The notes under the pieces were generated by a model, which was not told where the DNA came from, ran no database searches, and saw only the letters and a program-made list of their open reading frames with translations. Shown here one piece after another: positions 27,538-36,363 of a stretch of DNA of 61,887 bases. Positions within the stretch are counted from its first letter, which is position 1. Each line of letters opens with the position of its first letter. The DNA lies in IMG/VR virus record IMGVR_UViG_3300028392_000003, positions 1 to 61,887 of that record, one strand, 5' to 3'. The position numbers and the translations under genes were made by a program. Source of the DNA: a virus. Its lineage: Duplodnaviria > Caudoviricetes.

Positions 27538-27777
27538 ATGTTAAGAGTAATCGTAGTTCTTGAGTTCAATGGCATCAACGATGCCGATAGTGAGAAAGCC
27601 AGCAACATCACAGACAGCATCACCGATGAGTGTCTGATTCTGCAACACGAGTTGGGTGCGGATGCTTGCTATGTCGATGATGTAGTAGTGGAGATAGAAG
27701 AGGAAGAAGAGACATACGACGAGTTCGGTGTCAACACCAAGAACAGTTTCAACACACCACCAAAGGAAGAAGCATGA
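27538..27777 (+). CDS. Small acidic protein (paralog of 31228-31395)
   Basis: CATCAGGAG RBS; VIVVLEF..I.D.DS..A..CYVDD. Confidence 0.65.
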   Translation: MLRVIVVLEFNGINDADSEKASNITDSITDECLILQHELGADACYVDDVVVEIEEEEETYDEFGVNTKNSFNTPPKEEA

Positions 27778-28001
27778 GAACAGTATCAATCGGTTTCTAT
27801 AAAGACAACGGCGACTTTGCCATCGTATCTACGCTCAACAACAACGAGGGGCGTATGAGTGACCAAGCGTTTGACGCATTGGTAAAGCAAGTGTCGGCGT
27901 TACTTGTTCCGCATTTAGGTATGTGGCACACCTTTGTGCTCGAGCGTCAAGACACGCCCGACTATGTAACTTTAGAAGAAGGAGATTACCAAGGCACATA
28001 A
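27774..28001 (+). CDS. Hypothetical protein
   Basis: ATGA overlap with upstream gene. Confidence 0.65.
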   Translation: MRTVSIGFYKDNGDFAIVSTLNNNEGRMSDQAFDALVKQVSALLVPHLGMWHTFVLERQDTPDYVTLEEGDYQGT

Positions 28002-28068
28002 CCAAGGGACTAGCGTATCCCATTCATCGGGGAGGAATCTCCCCATTCATTCAATCAGGAGAATCAAA

Positions 28069-29790
28069 ATGAAATTATTCTTTGTCACTTATCGTGATGT
28101 CAATTCAAACTTTTCGCGTGCAATCGTTGGTCAAATCGGCACTAAGTATGCAGTCGCTCGTATCTTTGCAGGTGTTCAGCACAGTGTGTTCAGTGAGGCT
28201 ATGTTCGCAACCTCTCGTTACTCTCGTAACTATGAGACACGCTCTCGTGCCATTCTTGGTGCTCGGCATATCGAAGATGTCCTCAATATTATTGACGATG
28301 TAACTGAGGTGCACATAGCACCGATGACTGCGTATCAACGCAAAATCATCAAGACCTTTGGGCGTGTGATGTATCGAGAGATGCTTAATTCGTTCTACAT
28401 GGTGTCCGATACCGTTAGTCAAAACAGAGTCTACTCACGCTTGGTCAACGAGTATTACAGCACCGATACCAAGCAGGGGTATTTCCAATGGCGTGGCTGT
28501 TCTGTGTATCCCAACAAATACAAACAGGTGCGTCAGTTATATGCTGACCTCGGCAAGTTAGTTGCTCAAGCGGTTCACGATGGCGATACTAGCCCAGTCG
28601 CTGAGTTCATCATGAACGAGTGCACTGGCTCAGGTGTCGACAACATAGCGTTGTATCAGAAGATTAGTGAGGTGCTTGAACTAGACATCACGCACTGCGA
28701 CTGCGGGCATCTTGAACACAACGACAACACGCATGAGGTTGGGCGTCGTAACTCTGACACATGGTGTGACAACTGCTTCTCTGAGGACGCTGTGTATGTT
28801 GAGAATCGTGACGAGTATTGGTCACGAGACGATGCGTATTACCACGAGAGCGATGGCTGTTACTACTCGTATGAGGAAGAAGACGAGTATGACGATGATG
28901 ACGACAGCGACCAAGACAGCGATATGCTCATGTCTTACAGCACCAATGTGCTCAACTTCTTATCCAAGGACACCACCATCAACTCTTCTCCGCATGGCGA
29001 GTTCCTCATGGGTATTGAGTTCGAGATGGAGACCAAGGAGGGTTGCTCAGTCAATGCTGCGGTGTCCGATGTGCGTAGCCAACTCGGTGAGGAGTATTGC
29101 GTGTGTAAGTCAGACGGCTCGCTTGGCTCGTATGGCTTGGAGATTGTGACTGCGCCCCGTGGTCTTGCCGAGCACATCAAACGCTTCAAGAGTTGGGAGG
29201 TTGACTCGAGCTATCGTGCGTGGGATACCAAGCGTTGCGGTCTTCATGTGCACATCGACTCTCATGCGTTCACGCAGATGACTCTCGGCAAGTTTCTTAT
29301 GCTTATCAACAGCGAGAGCAATGTCGAGTTCATACGCAAGATTGCAGGTCGCCATCCCAACACCGATGACCAAGCCCGTAGTTACTGTGCGTCTGAGCAT
29401 CAGTCCATCCTCGTCAACCCCAAGAAGGCAGTCAAGGACAAGTCGCATGAACGCTATCGCATGGTCAATCTACAGAACCTCGGTTGCAAGGAGTCCAAGC
29501 GTCTGACTGGTATGTCCGCATACGAGGGCAAGTATGACACTGTCGAGTTGCGTATCTTCCGTGCGTCTCTCAACAAGCCTCGTATGTTGGCGCAGATTGA
29601 GTTCACTCATGCGTGTGTCAACTTCTGTCGTGTCGCATCGTGGCGTGACTTGAACCAAGTCAGCTTCGTCAAGTGGCTCAAGACTGTATCGAGTCTGTAT
29701 CCCAACCTTGCCGATTGGTATGGCGTGCGTCGTCGCAACACCAAGGTTACTGCTGAGTCGCAATGTCGTGACACAGTTGAGTCAGTTTAA
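28069..29790 (+). CDS. Putative amidoligase (COOH-NH2 ligase) with N-terminal Zn-ribbon region
   Basis: GIEFEME, KSDGSL, GLEIVT, CGLHVH, RY..VN, TVELRIF motifs. Confidence 0.85.
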   Translation: MKLFFVTYRDVNSNFSRAIVGQIGTKYAVARIFAGVQHSVFSEAMFATSRYSRNYETRSRAILGARHIEDVLNIIDDVTEVHIAPMTAYQRKIIKTFGRVMYREMLNSFYMVSDTVSQNRVYSRLVNEYYSTDTKQGYFQWRGCSVYPNKYKQVRQLYADLGKLVAQAVHDGDTSPVAEFIMNECTGSGVDNIALYQKISEVLELDITHCDCGHLEHNDNTHEVGRRNSDTWCDNCFSEDAVYVENRDEYWSRDDAYYHESDGCYYSYEEEDEYDDDDDSDQDSDMLMSYSTNVLNFLSKDTTINSSPHGEFLMGIEFEMETKEGCSVNAAVSDVRSQLGEEYCVCKSDGSLGSYGLEIVTAPRGLAEHIKRFKSWEVDSSYRAWDTKRCGLHVHIDSHAFTQMTLGKFLMLINSESNVEFIRKIAGRHPNTDDQARSYCASEHQSILVNPKKAVKDKSHERYRMVNLQNLGCKESKRLTGMSAYEGKYDTVELRIFRASLNKPRMLAQIEFTHACVNFCRVASWRDLNQVSFVKWLKTVSSLYPNLADWYGVRRRNTKVTAESQCRDTVESV

Positions 29791-29817
29791 TTTTTACAAT
29801 CATCAGGAGTATTTAAT

Positions 29818-30900
29818 ATGTGTTTAATCATTACAGGTCAGTCATCCAAAGTTCGTTCAACATTACTCAACACCAAGGGTATGCTCAACGAGATTTATTC
29901 ATCCAACCCCGATGGCATCGGCATCATGTATTCAACAGCCAAGGGGCTCAAGGTCGTCAAGACATTGCCTAAGAACATCAACGATGCCAATGCGTTCATC
30001 ACCAAGTTACCCACAGATGACCGCGAGATTGCTATCCACTTCCGTTGGACTACGCATGGCGACACCGACTTAATCAACTGCCATCCATACGATGTCGTTA
30101 CTGGCTATGTGGCGATGATGCACAACGGCGTGTTGCATACAGGCAATGACGCTGACAAGACCAAGTCCGACACATGGCACTTCATCAATGACTATCTCAA
30201 GGAGGCGGTGCATGACGCACCCAATCTCGTGCATACCAAGGGCTTCTTGACTATGCTCGCTGACTTCATCGGTGACAACCGCTTCGTGTTCATGGATGGT
30301 GAGGGGCGTATGTCTCATGTCAACTATGACCAAGGCATCGAGCACGATGGGCTATGGTTCAGCAACACCTATGCGTGGAAGCCCGCGACTCTCATACCCA
30401 ACTACTACACGTCCACCAAGCATTACAACTATGCCAACTACAACAAGGCATTCAACAACTACATGGACGACGACGAGTATGAGATGGAAGCATGGAACAA
30501 CTCATGGGCGAGCAAGCCCTTGCGTGCATCCGCACACAGCGCAGATTGGAAGGACGATGACTATGAAGACGCTGTGACTATGGACGATATGTGTGGTGCA
30601 CTCAGCGAGTGCGATGTCGATACAGTGGAGTCTTACCTTGAGACATTCCCTATCACATTCATCAACACTATCTTCGGCGAGATGTCGCCTGTAGCCACAC
30701 GACACACAACCATCAAAGACTTACCAAGTTATGAGCAAGACATCTACAAAGCGCTGCTTGACTGTGACCTCGCTGCGTTGCATGACTTCGTGCGTGATGG
30801 TAAGTCGGCGTCTCTCGTGGCGGAGGTGATGTGCTTCTATATAGATTGGTATGCCAAGATGGAAGAGCCTACCCGCCCTCTGTTGCCAGCCATGCTGTAA
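29818..30900 (+). CDS. Class II (Ntn) glutamine amidotransferase
   Basis: N-terminal Cys2, NPDGIG, HFRWTTHG, NCHPY, HNG, SDT. Confidence 0.9.
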   Translation: MCLIITGQSSKVRSTLLNTKGMLNEIYSSNPDGIGIMYSTAKGLKVVKTLPKNINDANAFITKLPTDDREIAIHFRWTTHGDTDLINCHPYDVVTGYVAMMHNGVLHTGNDADKTKSDTWHFINDYLKEAVHDAPNLVHTKGFLTMLADFIGDNRFVFMDGEGRMSHVNYDQGIEHDGLWFSNTYAWKPATLIPNYYTSTKHYNYANYNKAFNNYMDDDEYEMEAWNNSWASKPLRASAHSADWKDDDYEDAVTMDDMCGALSECDVDTVESYLETFPITFINTIFGEMSPVATRHTTIKDLPSYEQDIYKALLDCDLAALHDFVRDGKSASLVAEVMCFYIDWYAKMEEPTRPLLPAML

Positions 30901-30960
30901 CAACCAGTGTTAGTCGCGGGGAGGTTTCTCCCCGCATTTTTTAAACCAAAGGAGAAGTAA

Positions 30961-31071
30961 ATGAAAAATGCAATGAATGAAGGTATAGCACCGTGGCACG
31001 AATTGCAATCGGTATTTATTGATGACTGGGATTTGTATAACTATTGGTTGTGCATAGCAACCATGCCATGA
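30961..31071 (+). CDS. Small hypothetical protein, 36 aa
   Basis: AGGAGAAGTAAATG RBS/start. Confidence 0.5.
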   Translation: MKNAMNEGIAPWHELQSVFIDDWDLYNYWLCIATMP

Positions 31072-31084
31072 AAGGAGAAAGCAA

Positions 31085-31231
31085 ATGGAAGATTTAACAA
31101 CAGTGCTTGAGATAGCAAGGGTAGGTTTGGCTATGGTGTTTGATGAGATAGCAGAAGAACTAGATATATCAGATGCTGAACTAAAACGCATTCAATTAAA
31201 CATACTTAAAACTTTAGGAGAAAACAAATGA
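31085..31231 (+). CDS. Small acidic protein, 48 aa
   Basis: AGGAGAAAGCAAATG RBS/start. Confidence 0.6.
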   Translation: MEDLTTVLEIARVGLAMVFDEIAEELDISDAELKRIQLNILKTLGENK

Positions 31232-31395
31232 AAGTAATCGTATCGTTCGAGTTCGAGAACATCAAAGACCCCAACAGTCCTGAAGCCACGCAGAAGGTGC
31301 AAGAGATAGCCGAGGCGTGCGAGACGATGGGTATAGCGTTCGACGCTAACTCATGTTGGGTGGATGATTGTGTAATTAGTTTTGCCGACTGGTAA
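31228..31395 (+). CDS. Small acidic protein (paralog of 27538-27777)
   Basis: MKVIVSFEFENIKDPNS...CWVDD; AGGAG RBS. Confidence 0.6.
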   Translation: MKVIVSFEFENIKDPNSPEATQKVQEIAEACETMGIAFDANSCWVDDCVISFADW

Positions 31396-31410
31396 ATAAG
31401 GAGAAAACAA

Positions 31411-31752
31411 ATGAGTGACTTAGACATAAATGAATTATTAGCAGGGATGCAAGCATCGGGCTTGCGAACCATTGTCATAACCGATGAGGAGATACCTACG
31501 AAAGAAGACCGCTTGTCGCGTATGTGCGACTTACTTTTTGAACTTAACAGAGAAGCCATCTTGCGAGACGGGGACTGGTGGTATGGCACAGATGACTATG
31601 ACATTAACTTCTTTGATTGGGAAGATAAGCCAGACCACATGAGTGTGGTCGTGTATGACATGACAAAAGGGGAGTATTTTGAATACTCAGAAGAGCAAAC
31701 AATTTTCAGTAAGCATATTTATACAGGAGAAACAAATGGCGCTAACGCATAG
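31411..31752 (+). CDS. Acidic hypothetical protein
   Basis: AGGAG RBS. Confidence 0.65.
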   Translation: MSDLDINELLAGMQASGLRTIVITDEEIPTKEDRLSRMCDLLFELNREAILRDGDWWYGTDDYDINFFDWEDKPDHMSVVVYDMTKGEYFEYSEEQTIFSKHIYTGETNGANA

Positions 31753-31909
31753 ACAAAACGAAAGACTACGCGAGTGGTTCAATGACTCAGAAATTGCGTA
31801 TCTTATTGATTGGATTATGGATAACTCGTACGATTCCAAACTAGAAGACCTTGCAAGCCAACTACTAAAGTTTGATAGCGAAAATTACCCTGAAGGAGAA
31901 GAAGTATGA
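31736..31909 (+). CDS. Small acidic protein
   Basis: AGGAGAAACAAATG. Confidence 0.6.
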   Translation: MALTHRQNERLREWFNDSEIAYLIDWIMDNSYDSKLEDLASQLLKFDSENYPEGEEV

Positions 31910-32118
31910 AACGATTGATTGAGATGATTGGACGCGCATATGACTTGAGTATGCAAGCGCAAGACAACAAGGTAGACCTAGCCCTAGCCGAAGAGGTGTC
32001 GGGTGAGTGTGCCGAGTTTCTTGCTATATGGGACGAGGACTGGGGTGCGTATGACTCTATGGATAGCGTAGACCAGGAGTTGTGGCGCATGATTACACAG
32101 ATAAAACAAGGAGAATGA
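31906..32118 (+). CDS. Small acidic protein
   Basis: RBS and ATGA overlap. Confidence 0.6.
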   Translation: MKRLIEMIGRAYDLSMQAQDNKVDLALAEEVSGECAEFLAIWDEDWGAYDSMDSVDQELWRMITQIKQGE

Positions 32119-32273
32119 GTATGTGGATAGTTTGTAATGGTGACTTGCTAAAGGGTCACACTTTCTATGGTGTATTCGACACAATAGAAGAAGCGTATCA
32201 ATGGGGGAGCGACAACTTCGATGTAAGTGGGTTCTATGTAACAGAGTTAAAACCACGAAAGGAAACAGTATGA
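32115..32273 (+). CDS. Small hypothetical protein
   Basis: FYGVFDTIEEAYQWG; ATGA overlaps. Confidence 0.55.
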   Translation: MSMWIVCNGDLLKGHTFYGVFDTIEEAYQWGSDNFDVSGFYVTELKPRKETV

Positions 32274-32452
32274 AGATAACTAAATGCCTATTGGCTTTTC
32301 AATGGAGTGATGGCGAGCACGAAGCAATGTATGAGGGCTTGCCTGAGTATTTGCGTGAAGAAATCAACCGATACATACAAGAGCTGGAAGAACTCCGAGA
32401 GCGAGACCCAGATGAGTATTCAATGTTCAATGACGAAGGAGAAGTGAAATGA
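32270..32452 (+). CDS. Small acidic protein
   Basis: ATGA overlaps on both sides. Confidence 0.55.
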   Translation: MKITKCLLAFQWSDGEHEAMYEGLPEYLREEINRYIQELEELRERDPDEYSMFNDEGEVK

Positions 32453-32838
32453 CAAACGAACAAGCAATCAAAGAGATATACAAACTGATTCACTCTGATA
32501 CAACGCCCCCTGCGGAAGAAGTATCAGACGGGGGAATCATCGACATGATTTTTCAAATCGTTGCGCCAATAGTGGAAGGAGCAAAGCCTTTTAGTAACGC
32601 AATACGCATGAGAGATGACCTTGCCGAAGAAGGCTTGGCTGTGCCCGCATCTAAATCTTTTAAGGACTACGACACGCAAGTCGATGTTGTTTATATTGGC
32701 GCAGAAGAACTGCAAGGTGCGACATATGGTGATGACCCCGCGCATCCTGACGAGCATCCGTTTTGCTATGTTGAATTGAAAGATGGACGCTCGTTGTATT
32801 TCTTAAGCGTTGATTTAGATTTTGGAGAAACAGCATGA
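32449..32838 (+). CDS. Hypothetical protein
   Basis: AGGAG RBS, coupled. Confidence 0.65.
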   Translation: MTNEQAIKEIYKLIHSDTTPPAEEVSDGGIIDMIFQIVAPIVEGAKPFSNAIRMRDDLAEEGLAVPASKSFKDYDTQVDVVYIGAEELQGATYGDDPAHPDEHPFCYVELKDGRSLYFLSVDLDFGETA

Positions 32839-33140
32839 CAGACAAGACATACAACGGATGGACTAACTACGCCACATGGCGTGTGAACCTAGAGATTTTT
32901 GATGGGCATCAACTGTCGGATTTTCCGTTCGATCAAGGTGCGTCTGCTGACGCTGAACTCATAGACCCGTATGAGTTATCGCTTGCACTACAAAACTATG
33001 TGGAGGACTACATCTACGAGGCGGGAGGTGGCGAGAACAACATCGCTGTGTCATACGCACTTGCGTTCTTATCCGATGTGAATTGGTTTGAGATTGCAGG
33101 GCACATGATTGAAGACGCTATCGAGGAGAGTAGCCACTAA
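32835..33140 (+). CDS. Conserved phage acidic protein (YNGWTNYATW family)
   Basis: YNGWTNYATWRVNL ... VNWFEIA. Confidence 0.75.
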   Translation: MTDKTYNGWTNYATWRVNLEIFDGHQLSDFPFDQGASADAELIDPYELSLALQNYVEDYIYEAGGGENNIAVSYALAFLSDVNWFEIAGHMIEDAIEESSH

Positions 33141-33142
33141 CT

Positions 33143-33181
33143 TGTCTATCGTTTGACAGAAAGTGAGATTCGAGATATGCT
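33143..33181 (+). promoter_or_regulatory. Sigma70 promoter overlapped by operator copy 2
   Basis: TTGACA(33153)-17-TATGCT(33176); TGTCTATCGTTTGACA covers the -35. Confidence 0.75.
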
Positions 33182-33202
33182 TAACACACAAGGAGAGGCA
33201 TC

Positions 33203-33772
33203 ATGCCAGATATGAAAACTGCACTATCAACAGTTCTTAATCAATGGGAACAAGACGAACAAAAACAAATCACACAACAACAGGAGAAGCCCGTGGGCAA
33301 ACAACTATTTAAAGCCACTAACAATGTGACACGCGAGACTTTCAACTACATCAGAGACAACCCCAACAAGACCACCGCAGAGGTGGCGCAAGCCTTAGAG
33401 CAACGCGGGTTCAAGGAAGGCTCAGTCACATCCATCTGTGCTCAGATGTCCAAGCAAGGCATGGTTACGAAGGACATATATACAAAGCGTTTGGTGGCGA
33501 TAGTGCCTGAGTATCAGCCACTGAAAGCGGCATCAGCGTTCAAAACGGAGAAACCCACCGCTAAGGTAGTAAAAATAACCAAGCGCCCGCAACCACAGAA
33601 TGCTCCGCAAGACGCGGGCATTGCCGCTATTGCCCCGAAAGAAGAAGCCGTGCGCAAAGCAGCACTGGTATTCTTGAACGCAGACTTTGACCCGAACGAC
33701 TTACTAAACAAACTCTCTGTTGTGCAAGCCCGTGCGTTGTATGACGCACTCAAACAAATCTTTGGAGGTTAA
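33203..33772 (+). CDS. Winged-helix DNA-binding protein (putative)
   Basis: TFNYIRDNP..T.AEVA..L..GSVTSI..QM.KQG.V. Confidence 0.6.
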   Translation: MPDMKTALSTVLNQWEQDEQKQITQQQEKPVGKQLFKATNNVTRETFNYIRDNPNKTTAEVAQALEQRGFKEGSVTSICAQMSKQGMVTKDIYTKRLVAIVPEYQPLKAASAFKTEKPTAKVVKITKRPQPQNAPQDAGIAAIAPKEEAVRKAALVFLNADFDPNDLLNKLSVVQARALYDALKQIFGG

Positions 33773-33774
33773 AC

Positions 33775-33954
33775 ATGGGCAAGATGAAACAAATGGCCAT
33801 CGAGATGATGGAAGACGATGACGATATACAAACATACAAACAACCTTGGCAGGGGTTGAACTGGGGCGATATGCCTGTCGGTCAGGTAAATAACCTCGAC
33901 TTCATGGAAGGCGCACGCTGGGCAGAGAAGTGGCTCAAGGAGAGGAACGCATGA
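33775..33954 (+). CDS. Small protein (paralog of 35002-35232)
   Basis: GGAGG RBS; EDDDDIQTYKQPWQGL...LKERNA; not in track. Confidence 0.6.
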   Translation: MGKMKQMAIEMMEDDDDIQTYKQPWQGLNWGDMPVGQVNNLDFMEGARWAEKWLKERNA

Positions 33955-34505
33955 AAGAAACAACTAGCGACACACTCGCGCAATTTGCCCGCCATGATGG
34001 ACAAAACACACCTAAATTGCCCAAAATGACCGCCGTAACGGACAACGATTTAAGTATCAAGTCGCAAGATTTAAGTATCAAGTCGAAAAAAATATGGGTT
34101 GACCCACCTGAGGGCTGGAAGTTTGGCTTTCCTGCTATCTATGACCCTGATACCGATGGTCAATTAAGCGAATGGATAATTAGTAAAGGTTATCCAGTAC
34201 AGATAATTAAAGAATATGGTGAGCAGTGGCACATCCGTTGTTGGCCTGCTGAAGAGCCCGAAAAATATCCCGATCAGGTCATAAATGCACAAAAACACTC
34301 TGAAGTGATAAAAAATGCCCCGATCGGGACAAAAATGCGCAAAACCACACGCGAGGAAAAGATAAGTAAGCCCGCCGTGTATGAAGTGCCAGAAGAGACT
34401 CATCGGAAGGTTACAGTTTCTGAGCTTATGGAAGAGCTAGCAATCGCAAGGATGCTGATACGCGAGTTGGGTGACCGACTGGCTAGGTTGGAGAAGAACA
34501 CATGA
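33951..34505 (+). CDS. Mosaic hypothetical protein
   Basis: WVDPPEGWKFGFP module; internal tandem duplication with 21-bp period. Confidence 0.6.
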   Translation: MKETTSDTLAQFARHDGQNTPKLPKMTAVTDNDLSIKSQDLSIKSKKIWVDPPEGWKFGFPAIYDPDTDGQLSEWIISKGYPVQIIKEYGEQWHIRCWPAEEPEKYPDQVINAQKHSEVIKNAPIGTKMRKTTREEKISKPAVYEVPEETHRKVTVSELMEELAIARMLIRELGDRLARLEKNT

Positions 34506-34714
34506 GCGAAGGACTGTTTGATGATGTGCCGTTGATGAACAAAGAGCGGGATGCATCGTGGGAAGCGTTTATCAAACGCAAAGATGTGAAGGCTATGTTT
34601 TCAGAGGAGGGTTTTGGCTTTCCTCTTAACCGTGGCTACTACGACCTATGGTGTATTGCTTGGGCAAAGGCATGGGACAAAGGCTTTATGGCAGGAAGGG
34701 AGAAAAACACATGA
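34502..34714 (+). CDS. Hypothetical protein
   Basis: ATGA-coupled. Confidence 0.6.
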   Translation: MSEGLFDDVPLMNKERDASWEAFIKRKDVKAMFSEEGFGFPLNRGYYDLWCIAWAKAWDKGFMAGREKNT

Positions 34715-34902
34715 AGATGCGAGAACGTAAACATTTATTTTGGTGGTTGCCCCGTGCAAAGATGTTTGTGCGTAGCCATAACAGGAAAGTCAAACCGTAT
34801 CCGCAAACCTATTGGGTTGGCAAAGGTAGCCACGCGTACTTGAAAGATAAAAAGAATTGCAAACTGGGTGGAATTGAATGGTATGAGGAGATGAGAAAAT
34901 GA
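34711..34902 (+). CDS. Small basic protein
   Basis: ATGA-coupled. Confidence 0.5.
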   Translation: MKMRERKHLFWWLPRAKMFVRSHNRKVKPYPQTYWVGKGSHAYLKDKKNCKLGGIEWYEEMRK

Positions 34903-35009
34903 CACCAGACCAATTAAATTATTTTGTGGGCGGTTTTTTTGTTGGGGCTTTAACTGCTTTGCTCTTTTGCATTCTTCATGATGCTGTGAAAGGGGACAAG
35001 CATGACTAA
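34899..35009 (+). CDS. Small single-TM protein, 36 aa
   Basis: GAGGAG RBS; hydrophobic helix. Confidence 0.45.
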   Translation: MTPDQLNYFVGGFFVGALTALLFCILHDAVKGDKHD

Positions 35010-35232
35010 GCGCATAGAAATAGAGTACGAATTAAAAGCAGAAGATGACGATGACATCCAAGAATACAAAAAGCCTTGGGTAGGGCTGACGGATGAAGAG
35101 CGGTTGTTTGTTTTGGTTACTGCACCACCAACTTTTATAAATCATAAAGGTGATGTAAGAGAAACAGCGTACACCTTTGCGGAGGTTGTGCAAAAACTAA
35201 CAGAGAAAAAACTCAAGGAGAAGAACACATGA
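35002..35232 (+). CDS. Hypothetical protein
   Basis: DDDIQEYKKPWVGLTDEE...KLKEKNT. Confidence 0.65.
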   Translation: MTKRIEIEYELKAEDDDDIQEYKKPWVGLTDEERLFVLVTAPPTFINHKGDVRETAYTFAEVVQKLTEKKLKEKNT

Positions 35233-35468
35233 AAGGAAAAGGACAGTACAGTGTATTTGCACAAAACAAACTTGCAACCGACGCATTTTTTCAACACAAA
35301 GTTGACACCAAAACTAAACCTAAGTTGTGTTGGAAGTGCCAAAAAGAATCGAGTTACGAAGACGGCGCTTATTTGCGGTTTGCGTCAGGTATACACCAAT
35401 ACATATGCAAGCCTTGCATGGACATAAAACGAGAGAAACAGAAACTTAAGGAGGAATCAAATGCTTGA
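35229..35468 (+). CDS. Zinc-finger protein
   Basis: CWKC...CKPC. Confidence 0.65.
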   Translation: MKGKGQYSVFAQNKLATDAFFQHKVDTKTKPKLCWKCQKESSYEDGAYLRFASGIHQYICKPCMDIKREKQKLKEESNA

Positions 35469-35562
35469 AACAATCGCTTGGATAGTTTTACTACTGTGTA
35501 GTGGTGGGGTGGTAGTTGTCACAGTTGCTGTAGCAATTTTTATGTTGAGCAGCGAAGAATGA
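35461..35562 (+). CDS. Small single-TM protein, 33 aa
   Basis: AGGAGG RBS; hydrophobic. Confidence 0.45.
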   Translation: MLETIAWIVLLLCSGGVVVVTVAVAIFMLSSEE

Positions 35563-35804
35563 AGTGCCCCACCTGTGGCACATGGTCGCTAGTAAAACAA
35601 ACCAAGAAATCGCCCACATTTGGGTATACCAGAAGGAGAGAATGTGCAAATGAACACCGATTCACAACCCAAGAAGTCGTTGTCCCGCAAGAGGCAATTG
35701 ATGAAGAAAGAAGAACTCATATCGAGAATAACCTCAAACGATTGGAACCCATTCGAAAGAGCGACCCCAAGCGTTTTAAAAACACTACATACCGAGAATA
35801 CTAA
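35559..35804 (+). CDS. NrdR-N-like zinc ribbon protein
   Basis: MKCPTCG...RRRECANEHRFTTQE. Confidence 0.7.
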   Translation: MKCPTCGTWSLVKQTKKSPTFGYTRRRECANEHRFTTQEVVVPQEAIDEERRTHIENNLKRLEPIRKSDPKRFKNTTYREY

Positions 35805-35837
35805 ACAACGAATCAACAACTACGGAGAAGCACTACT

Positions 35838-36086
35838 ATGACCACACCAGCCGATGACATGCAAGTTAGTGGTAACCACTACAAGGAGATGCCCATACAG
35901 CCTTGGGCTGTGATGGAAGCTGTGCTTACGCACGAAGAGTTTGTGGGCTTTCTCAAAGGTAACATACTCAAGTACAGCCTACGGGCTGGACACAAAGAGG
36001 GTAGTGATGACGTAAACAAAGCGTGGCACTACAAACAAAAACTCATGGAGGTAACCGATGGTCACAACACCAGAAGCACGGGTTAA
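35838..36086 (+). CDS. DUF3310 (SaV-like / T7 gp1.7-like) protein
   Basis: QVSGNHY..IQPW..GFLKGNILKY..RAGHK..D..KA.HY. Confidence 0.8.
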   Translation: MTTPADDMQVSGNHYKEMPIQPWAVMEAVLTHEEFVGFLKGNILKYSLRAGHKEGSDDVNKAWHYKQKLMEVTDGHNTRSTG

Positions 36087-36363
36087 GAAAGTAGTCAAGA
36101 ACACGCTAGACCTGTTGAACATATACCACTTCTCCCCTGCCGCTAATGGCTTCGGGCGGGCGGGTATCCCAGACATCATTGCTTGCTCTAACGGACGCTT
36201 CATCGCTTTCGAGTGCAAGGCGGGCAAGAATACAACGACCGCTCTACAAGAACGCGAACTCAACAAGATACGTTCAGCCAAGGGGCTAGCGTTTGTAATC
36301 AACGAAGACAATATGCACAACATAGAGGAGCTATTAACATGGAGCCGACAAGACACACACTAG
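36058..36363 (+). CDS. VRR-NUC domain nuclease
   Basis: TPEARVK..GIPDII..FIAFECKA..T.LQ. Confidence 0.85.
   Translation: MVTTPEARVKKVVKNTLDLLNIYHFSPAANGFGRAGIPDIIACSNGRFIAFECKAGKNTTTALQERELNKIRSAKGLAFVINEDNMHNIEELLTWSRQDTH

Larger units (their letters stand above)
24992..30933. repeat. Six dispersed 16-bp palindromes GGGGAG-N4-CTCCCC
   Basis: 24992, 25507, 26338, 27450, 28029, 30918; all intergenic. Confidence 0.9.

Noticed and set aside
24992-30933. CRISPR array or integron attC sites from the GGGGAG palindromes
   Set aside because: Spacing is 0.5-2.9 kb and irregular, repeats are only 16 bp, and there are no cas genes, integron integrase or RYYYAAC/GTTRRRY ends.
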